A DNA stretch of 64,000 nucleotides from Octopus bimaculoides. Lineage: Eukaryota. Position 1 is the stretch's first letter. Every line of letters starts with the position of its first letter. The stretch is from assembly GCF_001194135.2 (NCBI RefSeq), contig NC_068981.1:127606093-127670092 (forward strand), written 5' to 3'. The notes beneath the pieces were generated by a model, which saw only the letters and a list, made by a program, of their open reading frames with translations, was not told the DNA's origin and did no database searches. The position numbers were made by a program, and so were the translations under genes. Of the stretch, positions 37,178 through 50,597 are shown in pieces.

Positions 37178-37389
37178 GTGTAAGAGCTTTTAGAGCAAAT
37201 TAATTTTTCTATTTACAGTTGGATGCCTCTTCATATAACTGTCAACTAAATTAGCCAATGAAAGAGATTTTACTCCAGTGATTCTCTACTAGGGTCCATA
37301 TAAGACTTACATGTTAAAATTTATCTGCAGTAAATTGGTTATTCTTCTACAATACACAAGATATTTTTTTTATATACAACTCTTAATAA

Positions 37390-40004
37390 TATTCATCATC
37401 ATCATCTTTTAATGTCAGCTTTCCATGCTGGCATGAATTGGACAGTTTGACTGAAGACTGGCGAGCCAGATGGCTGCACCAGGCTCCAATCTGATCTGGC
37501 AGAGTTTCTACAGCTGGATGCCCTTCCTAACGCCAACCACTCTGAGAGTGTACTGGGTGCTTTTACGTGCCACCAGCATGAGGGCCAGTGAGGCAGTACT
37601 GGTGATGGCCATGCTCAAATGGTGCTTTTAATGTGCTACCGGCACGTGAGCCATTCAGTGGCCCTGGTAACGATCACACTCGGATGGTGCTTTTAATGTT
37701 CCACTGGCATGGGTGCCAGTCAGGTGGTGCTGTCATCGGCCACGTCAGCGAATTTGATTTTGATTGTGATTTCACTTACCTCAATGGGTCTTTGCAAGCA
37801 ACGCATAAATAGTCTGGTTACACCCCTGGCATAGGCCATGGGTTATGGTCTCACTTGGCTTGCCGGGTCTTCTCAAGCACAACATATTTTCAAAGGTCTC
37901 AGTCACTAGTCATTACCTTGGTGAGGTCCAATGTTTGAAGGTCGTGCTTCACCACCTCATCCCAGGTCTTCCTGGGTCTACCTCTTCCACAGGTTCTCTC
38001 AACTGCTAGGGTGTGACACATTTTCACACACCTTTCCTCATCCATTCACACAACATGACCGTACCAGCGCAGTCATCTCTCTTGCACACCACAACTGATG
38101 CTTCTTATGTCCAACTTTTCTCTCAAGGTACTTACACTCTGTCGAGTATGCACACTGATATTACACATCCATCGGAGCATACTGGCTTTGTTTCTTGCGA
38201 GCTTGCGCATGTCCTCAGAAGTCACAGCCCTGTTTCACTGCCATGTAGCATGGCTGTTTGTACACATACGTCATACAGTCTGCCTTTTACTCTGAGTGAG
38301 AGGCCCTTTGTCACCAGCAGAGGTAAGAGCTCTCTGAACTTTGCCCAGGCTATTCTTATTCTAGCAACTACACTTTCAGAGCATCTAGCTCCACTACTGA
38401 CTTGGTCACCTAGGTAATGGAGGCTATCAACTACTTCTAGTTTTTCTCTCTGGAATGTGACAGAAGTTGTTCTCTGCACATTTCCAATGTTTATTGCTCA
38501 TGAGCATCTGCCACATACAAAAACTATCTTCCTAGTTAGCCTTCCTTTGATATTGCTGCACCTCTTATGTGTCCATAGCTTACACTGGGTACATCTTATA
38601 GAGTTTCTACCTATGCCTTTTCTACAGATCAAGCAGGGCCATCTACCTGAAGGGATTTGTGGTTTGTCTGCCTTCCTACTTATTAAGACTTTGGTTTTAG
38701 CTAGGTTGACTCTAAGACCCTTCGATTCTAATCCTTGCTTCCACACCTGAAACTTCTCTTCTAGTTCTGATAGTGACTCAGCAATAAGAGTAAGGTCATC
38801 AGCATAGAGGAGCTCCAAGGAGCATCCTGTCTTGAATTCCTCTGTTATTGCCTGGAGGACTATGATAAATAGGAGGTGGCTGAGGACTGAACCTTAGTGG
38901 ATCCCTACCTCTACCCAGAATTCTGTACTCATTGTACTCATTGCCAACCCTCACCTTACTGACAGCGTCCCTGTACATGGCTTGCACAACTCTCACTAAC
39001 CATTCATGTATCCCTAGTTTCCTTATTAACCACCAGATAAGGCATCGGGGGACCCTGTCAAAGGCTTTCTCCATGTCAATGAAAGCCAGGTATAGGAGTT
39101 TATCTTTGTCTTGGTATTTCTCCTGCAGCTGTCTTACCAGAAATATAGCATCAGTGGTGCTTTTCTCTGGCACAAGCCCAAACTGCATCTCATCTAGACT
39201 GACCCTCTCCCTAATTAGTTGGGCTACAACCCACTCCGTGACTTTCATTACCTGATCCAACAGCTTGATACCTCTGTAATTATTTGTATCTAATGTGTCA
39301 CCTTTACCTTTGTAGCAGTTGACTATGGTGCTGCTAGACCAGTCATTGGGTATGTCTCCTTCATGTATCACCTGGTTGACTATACGGGTGACTAGGCTGT
39401 AGCTGACACTGCCAGATATTTTGAGTATTTCTGTGGTGATTCCTGATGGGCCGGGGGCTTGCCGTTTTCATACCCTTAATTGCTTTATCTACCAAGGTGC
39501 TGTCAATTAGTATAGCTGGTCCCTCTGTTGGGTTAGCATTTGGCATGCTCTCTTTCTCCCATTCATTCTCTTTATTTAGCAACCTTTCATAGTGGCATCA
39601 CTCTCTCTTTGCAACCTCATTTAATGTAGGTGAGCCATCATCCAAGCGGGCACATTTCTCTCCTATGACATCACGATTCTCTCTCACACACTGTCTTGCA
39701 ACACGAAATACCTCAAGTCTTTGGCAGAATTCATAAACAAAACAATACCTACAACCTGCATACATGACACAATATTTATGCGCTACCCAAGGTAGGCGAG
39801 GGGATGATATAAGGCCTCTAGGAGTGTTTGCAGGAGACAACCGAGGATGACAGAGGATAAGAACTTCCGGTACTGGTGGAGGTGGTGGGAAGGCCGGTGT
39901 ACCACCAGCCAAGAGAACTTCGTTGTAATTCTGTCAGCAGAGTATTTCATGATATAGTATTTAATGTTACATCTATATATGTTATGTTATATTTACATAG
40001 TGTG

Positions 40005-40041
<37 letters not shown>

Positions 40042-40510
40042 TATGTGTGTGCATGTGTGTTTGTGTCTGTGTTCTGTTGAATGTTATTAAATGAAAGCAT
40101 AAAATAATGGTTATGGTTTNNNNNNNNNNNNNNNNNNNNNNNNNNNNNNNNNNNNNNNNNNNNNNNNNNNNNNNNNNNNNNNNNNNNNNNNNNNNNNNNN
40201 NNNNNNNNNNNNNNNNNNNGGTCCTCATGGCACAGAACATTGGCAAATTTTTTTCTTATCTGCTTCCCCCTTGGCTAAGTAAACCAGTCTCATAGTTTTC
40301 CTTTTGGCAGTCAGATACGATTCCCTGCTACCACCGTTCATCCTGAAACTTCTCCTTCCAAGCCTGTTTCTTTTCCCTAATGGTGAAACAACATTGTTTC
40401 CACCACCACGTTACCTTGGGTCGAGAGAGGACTTTGCACCATCCACAGATCTGGTCAGTGGCCCTCAGCAGGTTGTCCCGTTGAAACCTCCGGTTGTCTT
40501 CCACATCATG
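37390..40510 (-). mobile_element. 5'-truncated RTE LINE (linker, RT, 3' UTR) split by an insertion at 39724-40219
   Basis: DNLLRATDQICGWCK...VTWWWK (40300-40500), KKKFANVLCHED | QRLEVFRVARQCVRENRDV, NNYRGIKLLDQVMKV, MQFGLVPEKSTTDAIFLVRQLQEKY, AFIDMEKAFDRVPR, ELLYADDL, YLGDQV, MLHGSET; (cat)n tail at ~37395. Confidence 0.95.
39724..40219. other. Unclassified insert within the RTE (GC-richer core 39780-39930, microsatellites, then gap)
   Basis: The RTE reading frame breaks at ...GAGGAC (40221) and resumes at CAAAGACTT (39723). Confidence 0.75.
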
Positions 40511-40529
40511 TGATGCTATGTACCCCTTT

Positions 40530-40830
40530 GTTAAACATTGAATGACTAGGAGGGTCTATCCAAGTAAAATAGGAATCAAAGGGGTTCATTGATAAAAAGA
40601 AAATATTTTTGAGAAACACTGCTTTACACAATTGTTCAACTGCTAGAAATACCAGCTAAACTTTCTTCAAATCATACTTTGCTGACTTAAAAGAAATAAG
40701 AAGGATGCACTGGATGTTTTAGTCCTGGATATAAGTTGTACCTGAGAAAAAGATGGGACAGTCAGTGCTGGAACACTTTTAATCATAGGTCTGTTGTATT
40801 AGATCTGATTATAGCTAAACAGTTGGACTA
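40530..40830 (+). mobile_element. Older SINE-like family F (tail gatcataggtctg...ctgacct...gctaaacaac)
   Basis: Related decayed blocks at ~41500-41860, 43700-43905, 62075-62235 and 15535-15635 (-). Confidence 0.55.
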
Positions 40831-42344
40831 ATCACTCATGTGTGAAGGTGGTCTGTACCAACATGCATTCCTTTCATGCTCAAACTACCAACTTAACAGT
40901 TTTGAGTTCAAATCCCTTGTAAGCATTTCATCACCCTGGAAAGAAATCTTATTCAGAAATTGCTTCAGTTCATCCAATTGTCTGATATATGTTCTAGATC
41001 ACTTGGAAAATCATGTAATAAATTGTATCCAATCCAGGGAAGATTTATCTTTTATCTGCTGAATGTCATTAAACTGGCGCTAAATATTTGGAAAGCATTT
41101 TCACTTTTTTTTTCACAGTAATTTTTGCTATTAATACATTGTTACTTTTCCCTTGCATAGTTGAATACATGTTGGTACAGGGTCCTCTATGAATGAGTTC
41201 TGTTGTGACTTTCAGTTTAGATTCATTGTTGTAGAATAGAATTCTTTTTCTTATAGAGTAAACTTGATATCTCCCCAAGTTTACAACTTTACATACTAGA
41301 ATATACTGATAATTTACCTTATGTATTTTGTTGACCTTGCTTAATCAGTTTTATGTTTAAAATATTTATTTATAGCCATTGTCTTATCCCCATTATATCA
41401 CCAACAACATCTTCATTGCCACTGTCAATATCATCATACCCCCATCACCACCACCATGCTTTTATAAGGGCTTTTATCTAGGCTGGCTTGGAATTAAGCA
41501 ACTACAACATCCTTGCTGGTAATAAAAGATCAATGTGAGCATCTATAGAAATATGAAATATCAGAAATCTTTTTAAGATCACTTCTTACAATGCATGTTG
41601 GTACAGACTGCTTTCATGTTTGTATGATTAGCATAATTGTCTGACTATAGTTAGACCTAAGCTGGCAGACCTATGATTAATGTTATTGCATCCCCAACTA
41701 TCCTATCTTTAAGAAAAAAAAAGGGACATTGTATAATGTAGTCTTACATACTCCATACCTAAAAATGGGGGTCTTCACAGAAGAAACACTTTCGATTGTA
41801 GATCTTCTTGATTAGGACTGACCTAGGTATAGCAAATGGCTAAAACATCACCAACAACATTACCATCAATATCAGTACGATTGTTAGGCAGCAAACTGAC
41901 AGAGTCGTTAGCACACCAGGCAAAATGCTTATTGGCATTTCGTCTGTCTTTACATTCTGAGTTTAAATTTCTCTGAGGTCGACTTTGCCTTTCATCCTTT
42001 CAGGACCAATGAATTAAGTACCAGTTGAGCACTGGGGTCGATGTAATTGACTTAACCCCTTCCCTGAAATTTCTGGTCTTGTGTCACATTTTGAAACCAG
42101 TATCATTATTATTGTCGACATTACAATCTCTAGCTTAGATGGCCTGCATAACATTCTTTTCTTCCTTTGTATTATATATTGTTTTGTCTGTGAGTATTAA
42201 GATCATGTTTAACTTCTAAACCCTTAATAGCTGATATTATTAGCACTATTTTTGGTCAAGTCATACCAACTTATCTATGATTCGACTTCTGTCAATCCCA
42301 ACCTGTGGGAGATATTTTCATGGAAGTGATATGTAGGTAATTAG

Positions 42345-42778
42345 AGTGTCTTTTCTACTCTAGGCAAAAGACCTGAAATTTTTGGGGAGCAGGTCAGTCG
42401 ATTAGATCGACCCAGTACGTAACTGGTACTTAATTTATCAACCCTGAAAGGATGAAAGGCAAAATCGACCTCGGCGGAATTTGAACTCAGAACGTAAAGA
42501 CAGACGAAATACCGCTAAGCATTTTGCCTGATGTGCTATCGTTTCTGCCAGCTCACTGCCTTCAAAATATTCTTTTCTTCTCTTGGCACAAGGCCCGAAA
42601 TTTTGGGGGAGCAGGTCAGTCGATTAGATCAACCCCAGTACACAACTGATACTTAATTCATCGACCCCAAAAGGATGAAAGGCAAAGTTGACCTTGTTTG
42701 AACTTGAACTCAGAACATAAAGACAGATAAAATACCGCTAAACATTTCACCCGGCATGCTAACGTTTCTGCCAGTTTG
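42345..42778 (-). mobile_element. Two tandem family M SINEs
   Basis: Two full copies, ~42345-42562 and ~42575-42778, in the same orientation. Confidence 0.88.
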
Positions 42779-43274
42779 TCGTCTGATAGAAGTGTCTGAT
42801 AGAATGCCTCATGGTATTTGTTACAGCTCCCTATGCACTGAGTTCAATCTTACTAAGGTTAACTTGACATTTTATTCCCTGGAATCAATAAAATATCTGT
42901 CAAGTACTGCAGCTATTTCTCCACTCTCTCTCTCTTGGAGTCTGTTATATTGAAGGAGTCAAGAAAGAAGAATTCACATCCTGGCCCCCACCCATCCTTT
43001 CACAACTACTCTGTGGACTTTATAAGAAAGAAAGCTTTTTTAGCAACACCATTTATTTTCATCATATATTTTGGTCAATGTAGCTGTTAATGAAGATGAT
43101 ACTCTAATGCTACTACTTTCTTGTTCATAAGCTGATCAGCATCACTTTGTTGCAAATATTCGCATATCACCTGAAGCTGCATACAGTTTCTTCTTTGTTC
43201 ATTGCAACTGTTTTTTTTTGTATGAATGAGAGTTCTTCTGCTTAGAGTGAATGATATGGAGAGGTTGTTGGAAC

Positions 43275-43661
43275 TATTGTTGTTACTCCATCGCTTATGA
43301 TGTCGAGGGTTCCAGTTGATCCGATCAACGGAACAGCCTGCTCGTGAAATTAACATGCAAGTGGCTGAGCATTCCACAGACACGTGTACCCTTAACGTAG
43401 TTCTCAGGGATATATTCAGCGTGACACAGTGTGACAAGGCTGACCCTTTGAATTACAGGCACAACAGAAACAGGAAGTAAGAATGAGAGAAAGTTGTGGT
43501 GAAAGAGTACAGCAGGGTTCGCCACCATCCCCTGTCGGAGCCTCGTAGAGCTTTAGGTGTTTTCACTCAATAAACACTCACAACGCCCGGTCTGGGAATC
43601 AAAACCGCGATCCTATGACCATGAGTTCGCTGCCCTAACCACTGGGCCATTGCACCTCCAC
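43275..43661 (-). mobile_element. Family B SINE with 9-bp TSD
   Basis: Reverse-complement homolog of 19505-19894; TSD tgttggaac at 43266-43274 and 43662-43670. Confidence 0.92.
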
Positions 43662-45642
43662 TGTTGGAACCAACATGAGAAAATGTATGAAGTCAACAAG
43701 GGAGCTTTTTAACCTACTAGAAATGACAGTCAGATCTCCCTTAAATCACATACTATTGTCTTAAGAACCAGAAGGACATGTTTAGATAAGTTAGTTTTAG
43801 ATACACTGTCTAAAAAAACCAAATATGGTTTGGAATGTTTGCAGCTGGAATATCTTTGGTCATAGGTCTTCTTGAATCAGTGCTGACCTATGTTTAAACA
43901 ACAATAGTAGTAATAACGACAAATGCAGATTTCTAGTTTAAACACAAATATCACCATTGATACAACCAGTGACATTCTTGGACATCATTATTGGATTAGA
44001 GAATGAATAATATTGATGTGAAGTGGGAGAGAAGGAAACTGGGTTTTCTGTTTGGTAAGATGATGATGATGAATTGTATAATGAAGTTCATATAAACTGA
44101 AGTGTTAATGCATATGCCTGGTGTAATATCAGTTTCAAATTTTGGCACAAGGCCATCATTTTCGGAGAAGTGGGTAAGTCATTTACATCAACCCCAGTAC
44201 TCAACTGGTGCTTATTTTATTGACTCCAAAAGGATGAAAGGCAAAGTTAACCTGGGCGGAATTTGAACTCAGAATGTAAAGACAAATGAAATGCTGCTAA
44301 GCATTTTGCCTGGTGTGCTAATGTTTCTGCCAGCTTGCCACCTTGTGCCTAAAATAATATTACTGTGCTTTAGTAACTGAATAAGTTCAAACAAAACACA
44401 AAAAGACAGTGATCTAAAAAACTATTTAACATTTCACGTCAATCTGTCACACAGATATACAAGTGTGTGTGTTTAATATCTATGAGTACCGCAGGACTTC
44501 TAAGGAGTCAGGAAGTATTAATAAGTTAAATAAGTTCATCCTCCTTCTCTCCCTCCCTCCCTCCTCCTTTTATCTGGTTTCTTATGTCTATTTTCAGAAA
44601 AGCAAGAACAGCTAAAACAGCAACAGTACCTACACTATATAATTAATTCCATCACCACCACCATCACCAACTTGCTACACTCTTACATATCTTTCATTGT
44701 TTATATGTGTGTGTGTGTGTGAATGTATTTGTACACAGACATGCAGATATACCTACTTATATTCTATTCAGGCTTATTTTGTTGTTTGTTCTTTACTTTG
44801 CTGTTCTTGGAATACTTGTGGTGTAGTGGAAGAGAGAAAGAGTTTCTACTACAGCTAATAGTTAACCTACCATTCTTCTACAGTTAACTTAGCATGCTAT
44901 TATTCCCATTATGACAACTTTGGGAATTCTGTTCAAAGTTGCTGATGATGTTAATGCAGTGCCAAGAGGTAGGCCTTTGTCAGAGAATATTGAAAATTTT
45001 ATCATTGAAACTTGACCATTCAATATCATATTGTTTTTGCTGTTGTTTCTCTACAAAATATGTTTTCACATTATCAAATTAAGTCACTCCTCTTGAAGAA
45101 CTTCAAATCTTTGTATGTTATTTATTTCAGTTAATGCAAGCTAATTAAGCACATGGTTTGTCTTCTCACTATATCTTGAATGAATTAACATAGGACAAAG
45201 TGAATCAACAAAAATGAAAGAAAAAAGTTAATGAGACGCATTAAGATGAAAGAGTTGAACTGAATGTAGAAAAAAAAAGAAGTCTATTTTGGTGTGGAAG
45301 ACTGATTAAAGTGTATGCCAATGTAGAAGGAGGGTAGAAGGGAGTATTTTTCTTTCTCTTCACTTTTTCTCTCTTCAGCCAAGCTTCTTATTATTTCTGC
45401 TATGAGAAAATCAAGGACCTTGGGAGTATTACTTCATCTACCACCTTGACTAGGGGGAATTTTTAGAACAAGTATCTCGGCTGAGATAAGTATTTTGGAA
45501 ATAGTAACATTTAGATTATGCGACATCATTCTTTCTCCTTATATCATTTTTTCCCTTTTTTCTCACGATATTTATATTGACTATCTTACTGAAACATTCA
45601 TTCTTGTCATAATTACAAGTTTTCTTTTCTCTTTTATTCCAG

Positions 45643-46033
45643 AGTGTCACCAGAACAAAGCATGGAGAAAGAATTTGGACTGGATAAAAATATAAATGTT
45701 GTGAAACCTTGTAGTTCCAAAGTGTATTTACTAGATAGAAGCAAAGTGCAATATGCTGAAGGAGACTTAGATTCTGCAGAAGAAGTCATGGAAGATTCCA
45801 AATTGAGCAATGATGCAAAGAACATTGATTTTTCAACCCCTGTTAGTCCAAGTTCCACAAGAACTAAGAACAGTAGAAGTGTTAGTCAGGGTTCTTTAGA
45901 TTCCTTGGACAAACAAAGGGGAAATATTTCTTACAACGATGATGGAGAATTTTATATTTCAGCTTATTCCAATATTCCAGTACAGGTACCAATTATCGGA
46001 TATGAAACTATGGAACAACGTGCCAGATTTACC
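45643..46033 (+). CDS. SNX16: Exon of a sorting nexin-16-like gene (Ser-rich N-terminus up to the start of the PX domain)
   Basis: Strong polypyrimidine acceptor (tttcttttctcttttattccAG, 45641-45642), open frame, donor ACC|GTGAGT in phase 0. VPIIGYETMEQRARFT matches vertebrate SNX16 TPTILGYEVMEERAKFT(VYKI). Possible ATG at 45662. No later PX exons recognised in the window. Confidence 0.85.
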
Positions 46034-46160
46034 GTGAGTTGACATTTTCACTTATTTAATGTACTCTTTTTGTCTCCTGATTCAACATTTCTTTAAGTTT
46101 AAATACTTTAATTTGTTTGATTTATGGAATGTAAATAATAATAGTAATAATAATAATAAT

Positions 46161-46465
46161 TAGAAACTATACCCAGACCTTCAACACTATACACTATCCA
46201 AAAAATAGCCCTGCTAAGAACAGCCCATATCCTATGTAAGACACTATCAATTCAGTAGTACAACCCAAATAAAACAATCCAAAAACTTACTTTACACAGC
46301 AAATATCCAATAAAATAAACAACCCTCACAACATGTACTCTACAGGCTGGATACTAAACAGAAGAACACAACTTGCATTACACGCACAACACACAATGCA
46401 ATATGAATACAACAAAGGACTGCAGCCAAACCCCTTAACAAAACAAACATGCAATATAATACTGG
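46161..46465 (+). mobile_element. Short Dong/R4-like 3' fragment after (TAA)n
   Basis: TIQKIALLRTAHILCKTLSIQ* (stop 46256-46258), near-identical to the C-terminus of 26176-26497; (TAA)n at ~46135-46160; 3' boundary approximate. Confidence 0.8.
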
Positions 46466-46589
46466 GATGAGTTTATATCCCCCCCCCCACACACACTATG
46501 TAGTACACACCTCAGTAACATGGAAGTGTAGCAGGTGATGCAATAGAAATTTGCTTGAAACTATTAAATGTTAAATAATAATAATCATA

Positions 46590-46975
46590 AACCAGTGCCC
46601 CTGGACTGGCTCTTGTGCGGGTGGCACATGAGATGCACCATTTTGAGCGTGGCCGTTGCGAGTACCGCCTGACTGGCTCCCGTAGGATTTTCGAGCGAGA
46701 TCGTTGCCAGTGCCCCTGGACTGGCTTGTGCGGGTGGCACATAAAAGACACCATTTCGAGCGTGGCCATTTTCGTGCGGGTGACACGTAAAAGCACCCAC
46801 TACACTCTGAGTAGTTGGCGTTAGGAAGGGCATCCAGCTGTAGAAACTCTGCCAAATTAGATTGGAGCCTGGTGTTGCCATCCGGTTTCACCAGTCCTCA
46901 GTCAAATCGTCCAACCCATGCTAGCATGGAAAGCGGACGTTAAACAATGATGATGATGATGATGATGATGATGAT
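46590..46975 (+). mobile_element. CpG-rich (young) RTE 3' UTR copy with (GAT)n tail
   Basis: Internal direct repeat ccagtgcccctggactggct; terminal block as in 60-250; (gat)n ~46948-46975. Older tail copies at ~53200-53640 and 57420-57660. Confidence 0.82.
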
Positions 46976-49120
46976 TGTGCCAATGATAGTTGGTGCAATG
47001 GGGACTGTGAATGATGAAATAGACAAATAGATAAAAGATAGTTTGCCTCTTAGGACCAGAGAATTTTATCAGAAGGGTTTTGAGCACTTGATGGCTTATT
47101 GAAATAATGTGGATATCTAAGGTTACATTCTACCAGGAATAAGATCAACCCTGAGTCAAGTATGTCATGGCCTCTTGATGTTTCTTTTTCAAGCTATAAT
47201 CTGTTTGTAATTTGTAGATGTCAACTGGTTAGATGTTGAGTATAAGTGAAGGGATTGAGAAACACAGTAAATAGATATTGAACTGTATTTTATGTCTATT
47301 AACAGTGAGCTAATTACTTCTGCCTTAGACACCTTCAGTTTCAGGCCTATACTTAAGATAGTTTGGCTCTGTACCTCTTCTGTTTCTGTACTGGACTCTG
47401 CACTTGAAATCTTATTGGTTGCATTTCAGCCTCATTAGAAGCTGTCTGTTGCAATCTGCTCTTTATATTTCTTCATTTTGTAAATCCTATTCCAAATATC
47501 CCATTCCAAGGACCACCAAACTGGAATGCTCCCTTTTCTGTTCTTACCTGGTCTACTGTCAGTTAAATGAAGTTGGAAAATTCAGTGCCTTGCACTAAGA
47601 GTCAATGTTTCTTCTTGTTTCCTTTGCTGGAAAGTGATAGTGTAAATATTTGATGTTTTGTTAATGGTACATAATACTCTTACCACTGATGGGATATAAA
47701 ACTGCATATCTCCAGTTGAGAAATCAAGACCTTATCTGCTTAGACATGCAGAAAATCTATTGGAAATGTTATTTCCTTTATTTTTTGTAAACAAATTTCT
47801 TTCTTTTCCTTTTCAGATATAATGTATTATTTTTAAAAAATCATATAATAATTTTATATCCACAGAGAACATCTCATTGAATTATAAATTAGCATTATCC
47901 TTGTCAAATTTATGGTATTGTCATCATTTTTGATACTAATATCAAATTCCATGACACAGTTAATGTTATGCAAACAAAACTACAAAGAAGAATGCTATTA
48001 TTAGAATAGTCGAAATATAGTTGGGAGCCAGACAAAGTGCCTTTTAGTAGATGTTCTTCCCCACTCCATCTTCTGACTTTAAATTGTTTCTATGGCAGTA
48101 GATTACTAGTAATTTAGTGGACAATATCTTACAGTGTTTAGTGATGCTAATTTACACTTTGAGTTCAAATCTGGTTGAAGTCAACTTTGCCTTTATACCT
48201 CTGGGGTTGTTAAAATGAGTAGCAGTTTACAAGTACCCTGATTGATTAAATCAACTATACCCTTGAAAGCAGTGCCCTAGTATAGTGAGCTAAGGTATGT
48301 ATATCAAACAAAGGAACACCAACTGACAAAAAGAAAAATGACAAATGAGTGCTTTTACAAGAGACTGAATGACATTACATCATTAGTAATATCCTACTGC
48401 TTATTTTCAAATTGATGCTGCTAATTATTTTTGCCACATAGATTTTTATGCTGACCTTAATAACAGTTGTTTCTCATCAATATTAATAATGGCTTCTAAT
48501 ATAGGTACAGGGCCTGAAATTTGGGGGAGTGGAGTTTGTCAACTGGTTCTTTATTTTATTGACCTCAATAGGATGAAAGGCAAAGTTGACTGTGACAGAA
48601 TTTGAATTCATCAATAATGACAATGAGTCAAGAATTGTTGAAAGTTTCTGTTATTGTATAAGAATGGAATTGAGTTTTCAGAAGAGAAGACTGCACAAAT
48701 TTGGGGTTGGCTTCATCTATTGATTTGATAAAAATCCTTAAAATAGCTCCAAGTATTGGATCTACAAAAGAAACATATAGAAGTTATATACATGTTAGTG
48801 GGGATGAGTGGAGAAGGGAGGATGATGGATTGCACTGTCTGAATTTCTTGCAAAGTATATCTTACAGAAATGACTGCTTGAGATATTTCTTGGTTTTTAG
48901 ACATCAAATATATGTTCTTTTAAGTATGCTCTTTGACAGTTTATGTACTGGCATTGGTAAATAAATGTTTTGTTTTATTTTATTTTGTTTTATTTAACAT
49001 GTATATCAATCTAGTCATCTCCTTTTAAACGTTTAGCTGAAGTGTAAAGTGATTGTTGTGAAATAATATAATTTAATCTACAATATAATTTAATATCCTC
49101 ACTATTGGAACAATATTGAA

Positions 49121-49531
49121 AGAAATGTGGCTGTGTGGTAAGTAGCTTGCTTACAAACCACATGGTTCTGGGTTCAGTCCCACTGCGTAGCACCTTTGGC
49201 AAGTGTCTTCTACTATAGCCTTGGGCCAACCAAAGCCTTGGGAGTGAATTTGGTAGATGGAAACTGAAAAGAAGCCCGTCGTATATATGTATATATATAT
49301 ATATGTATGCTTGTGTATATGTTTGTGTGTCTGTGTTTGTCCCCCAACATCGCCTGACAAGCGATGCTGGTGTGTTTACGTCCCTGTAACTTAGCGGTTC
49401 GGCAAAAGAGACCGATAGAATAAGTACTAGGCTTCCAAAGAATAAGTCCTGGGGTCGATTTGCTCGACTAAAGGCAGTGCTCCAGCATGGCCACAGTCAA
49501 ATGACTGAAACAAGTAAAAGAGTAAAAGAGT
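49121..49531 (+). mobile_element. Complete family D SINE
   Basis: Head gtggctgtgtggtaagtagcttgc...ggttcagtccc, (TA) spacer, tail cgactaaaggcagtgctccagcatggcc...aagtaaaagagtaaaagag. Further copies at ~52672-52830, 56225-56380 (-), 60995-61410 and 61470-61570 (-). Confidence 0.9.
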
Positions 49532-50286
49532 AATATTGTTCCCTTAAATTAAAGAATAGTTGTTAAACTTAAAATGTTTTGGATTTTCTGTTATTGAATG
49601 TTTTTTTTTTTATGTGTTGCTCTTTTGCACTAGTGCTCTTATTTTTTAACATTCTTTTGTTAGTTCTTTTTTGTCTAGCATACATATGTTGGTGTACCCT
49701 CTAGTATGGCATCAGTCCAATGAATGAACTAGTAGAGAATAAAAGACCATAAAGTATTGTTATTAGTTTTGAGAGTAAGGCTGTGAGCTTGCAGAATCAT
49801 TAGCACTTCAGGCAAAATGCTTAGCAGCATTTTGTCCATCTTTATGCTCTGGGTTCAAATTCCACCAAGGTTGACTCTGCCTTTCATCCTTTTGGGGTTG
49901 ATAAAATAAGTATCAGTTGAGCACTAGAGTTGATGTAATCACCTTACCCTTTCCTCCATCAAACTTGCTGGCCTTGTGCTAAAATTTGAAGCCATTATTA
50001 GTTTTGCGACTTGTCAAAAAGTTTTTCCTCTTTGTTAACATAACCAGCAGCAAGACAATCATCTTATGATGTAAGGTTAGAGTTAATTAAAAGATTAGAG
50101 ATAATGCTTTGCAGTATTCTGTAATTGAAACCCTTTTGCTTTGAGCTGAAAACCTGCCAGGTCAATTTAGCTTTTCAATAGCAATCTTGTTTTGTTATTT
50201 AGAACTTCTTTAGGCTGATGCTTATAGGGAAGATGTGAACAAGAACACAGAGAGCTGTGATTCTGGACAAGAATGATGCAGTCTAG

Positions 50287-50328
<42 letters not shown>

Positions 50329-50597
50329 TACTGTCCCTGATCTGTCAGTAGTATTCTAATGTGGGCCACTCTTGTACTTTGTAGAGGGCCAGTAACTGGA
50401 AATACTGAGGTATTTTTTCTTGTTTTGAAGAAGAAGCCTTGTCTTTGGGATTCAGTTTTATGAATGTTATGTGTGTAGTTACCATTAGAGATTATCAGAG
50501 ATTGTGAGGTTTAGCATTTGGATAAAGCTTGAGGGTTTAAGCTTGTATTGAGTTTTGTGTAAGAGGGGTGTTGTGTTACATGATCATTTCCTTGGTA

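Noticed and set aside
47055-47120. Short peptide EFYQKGFEHL resembling a mariner C-terminus
   Set aside because: Too short to support without a search
48701-48964. Plus-strand 87-aa ORF tested as the next SNX16 exon
   Set aside because: No PX motifs (VYKI, RRY..F, LPPK) and no good splice sites; possibly an old LINE relic
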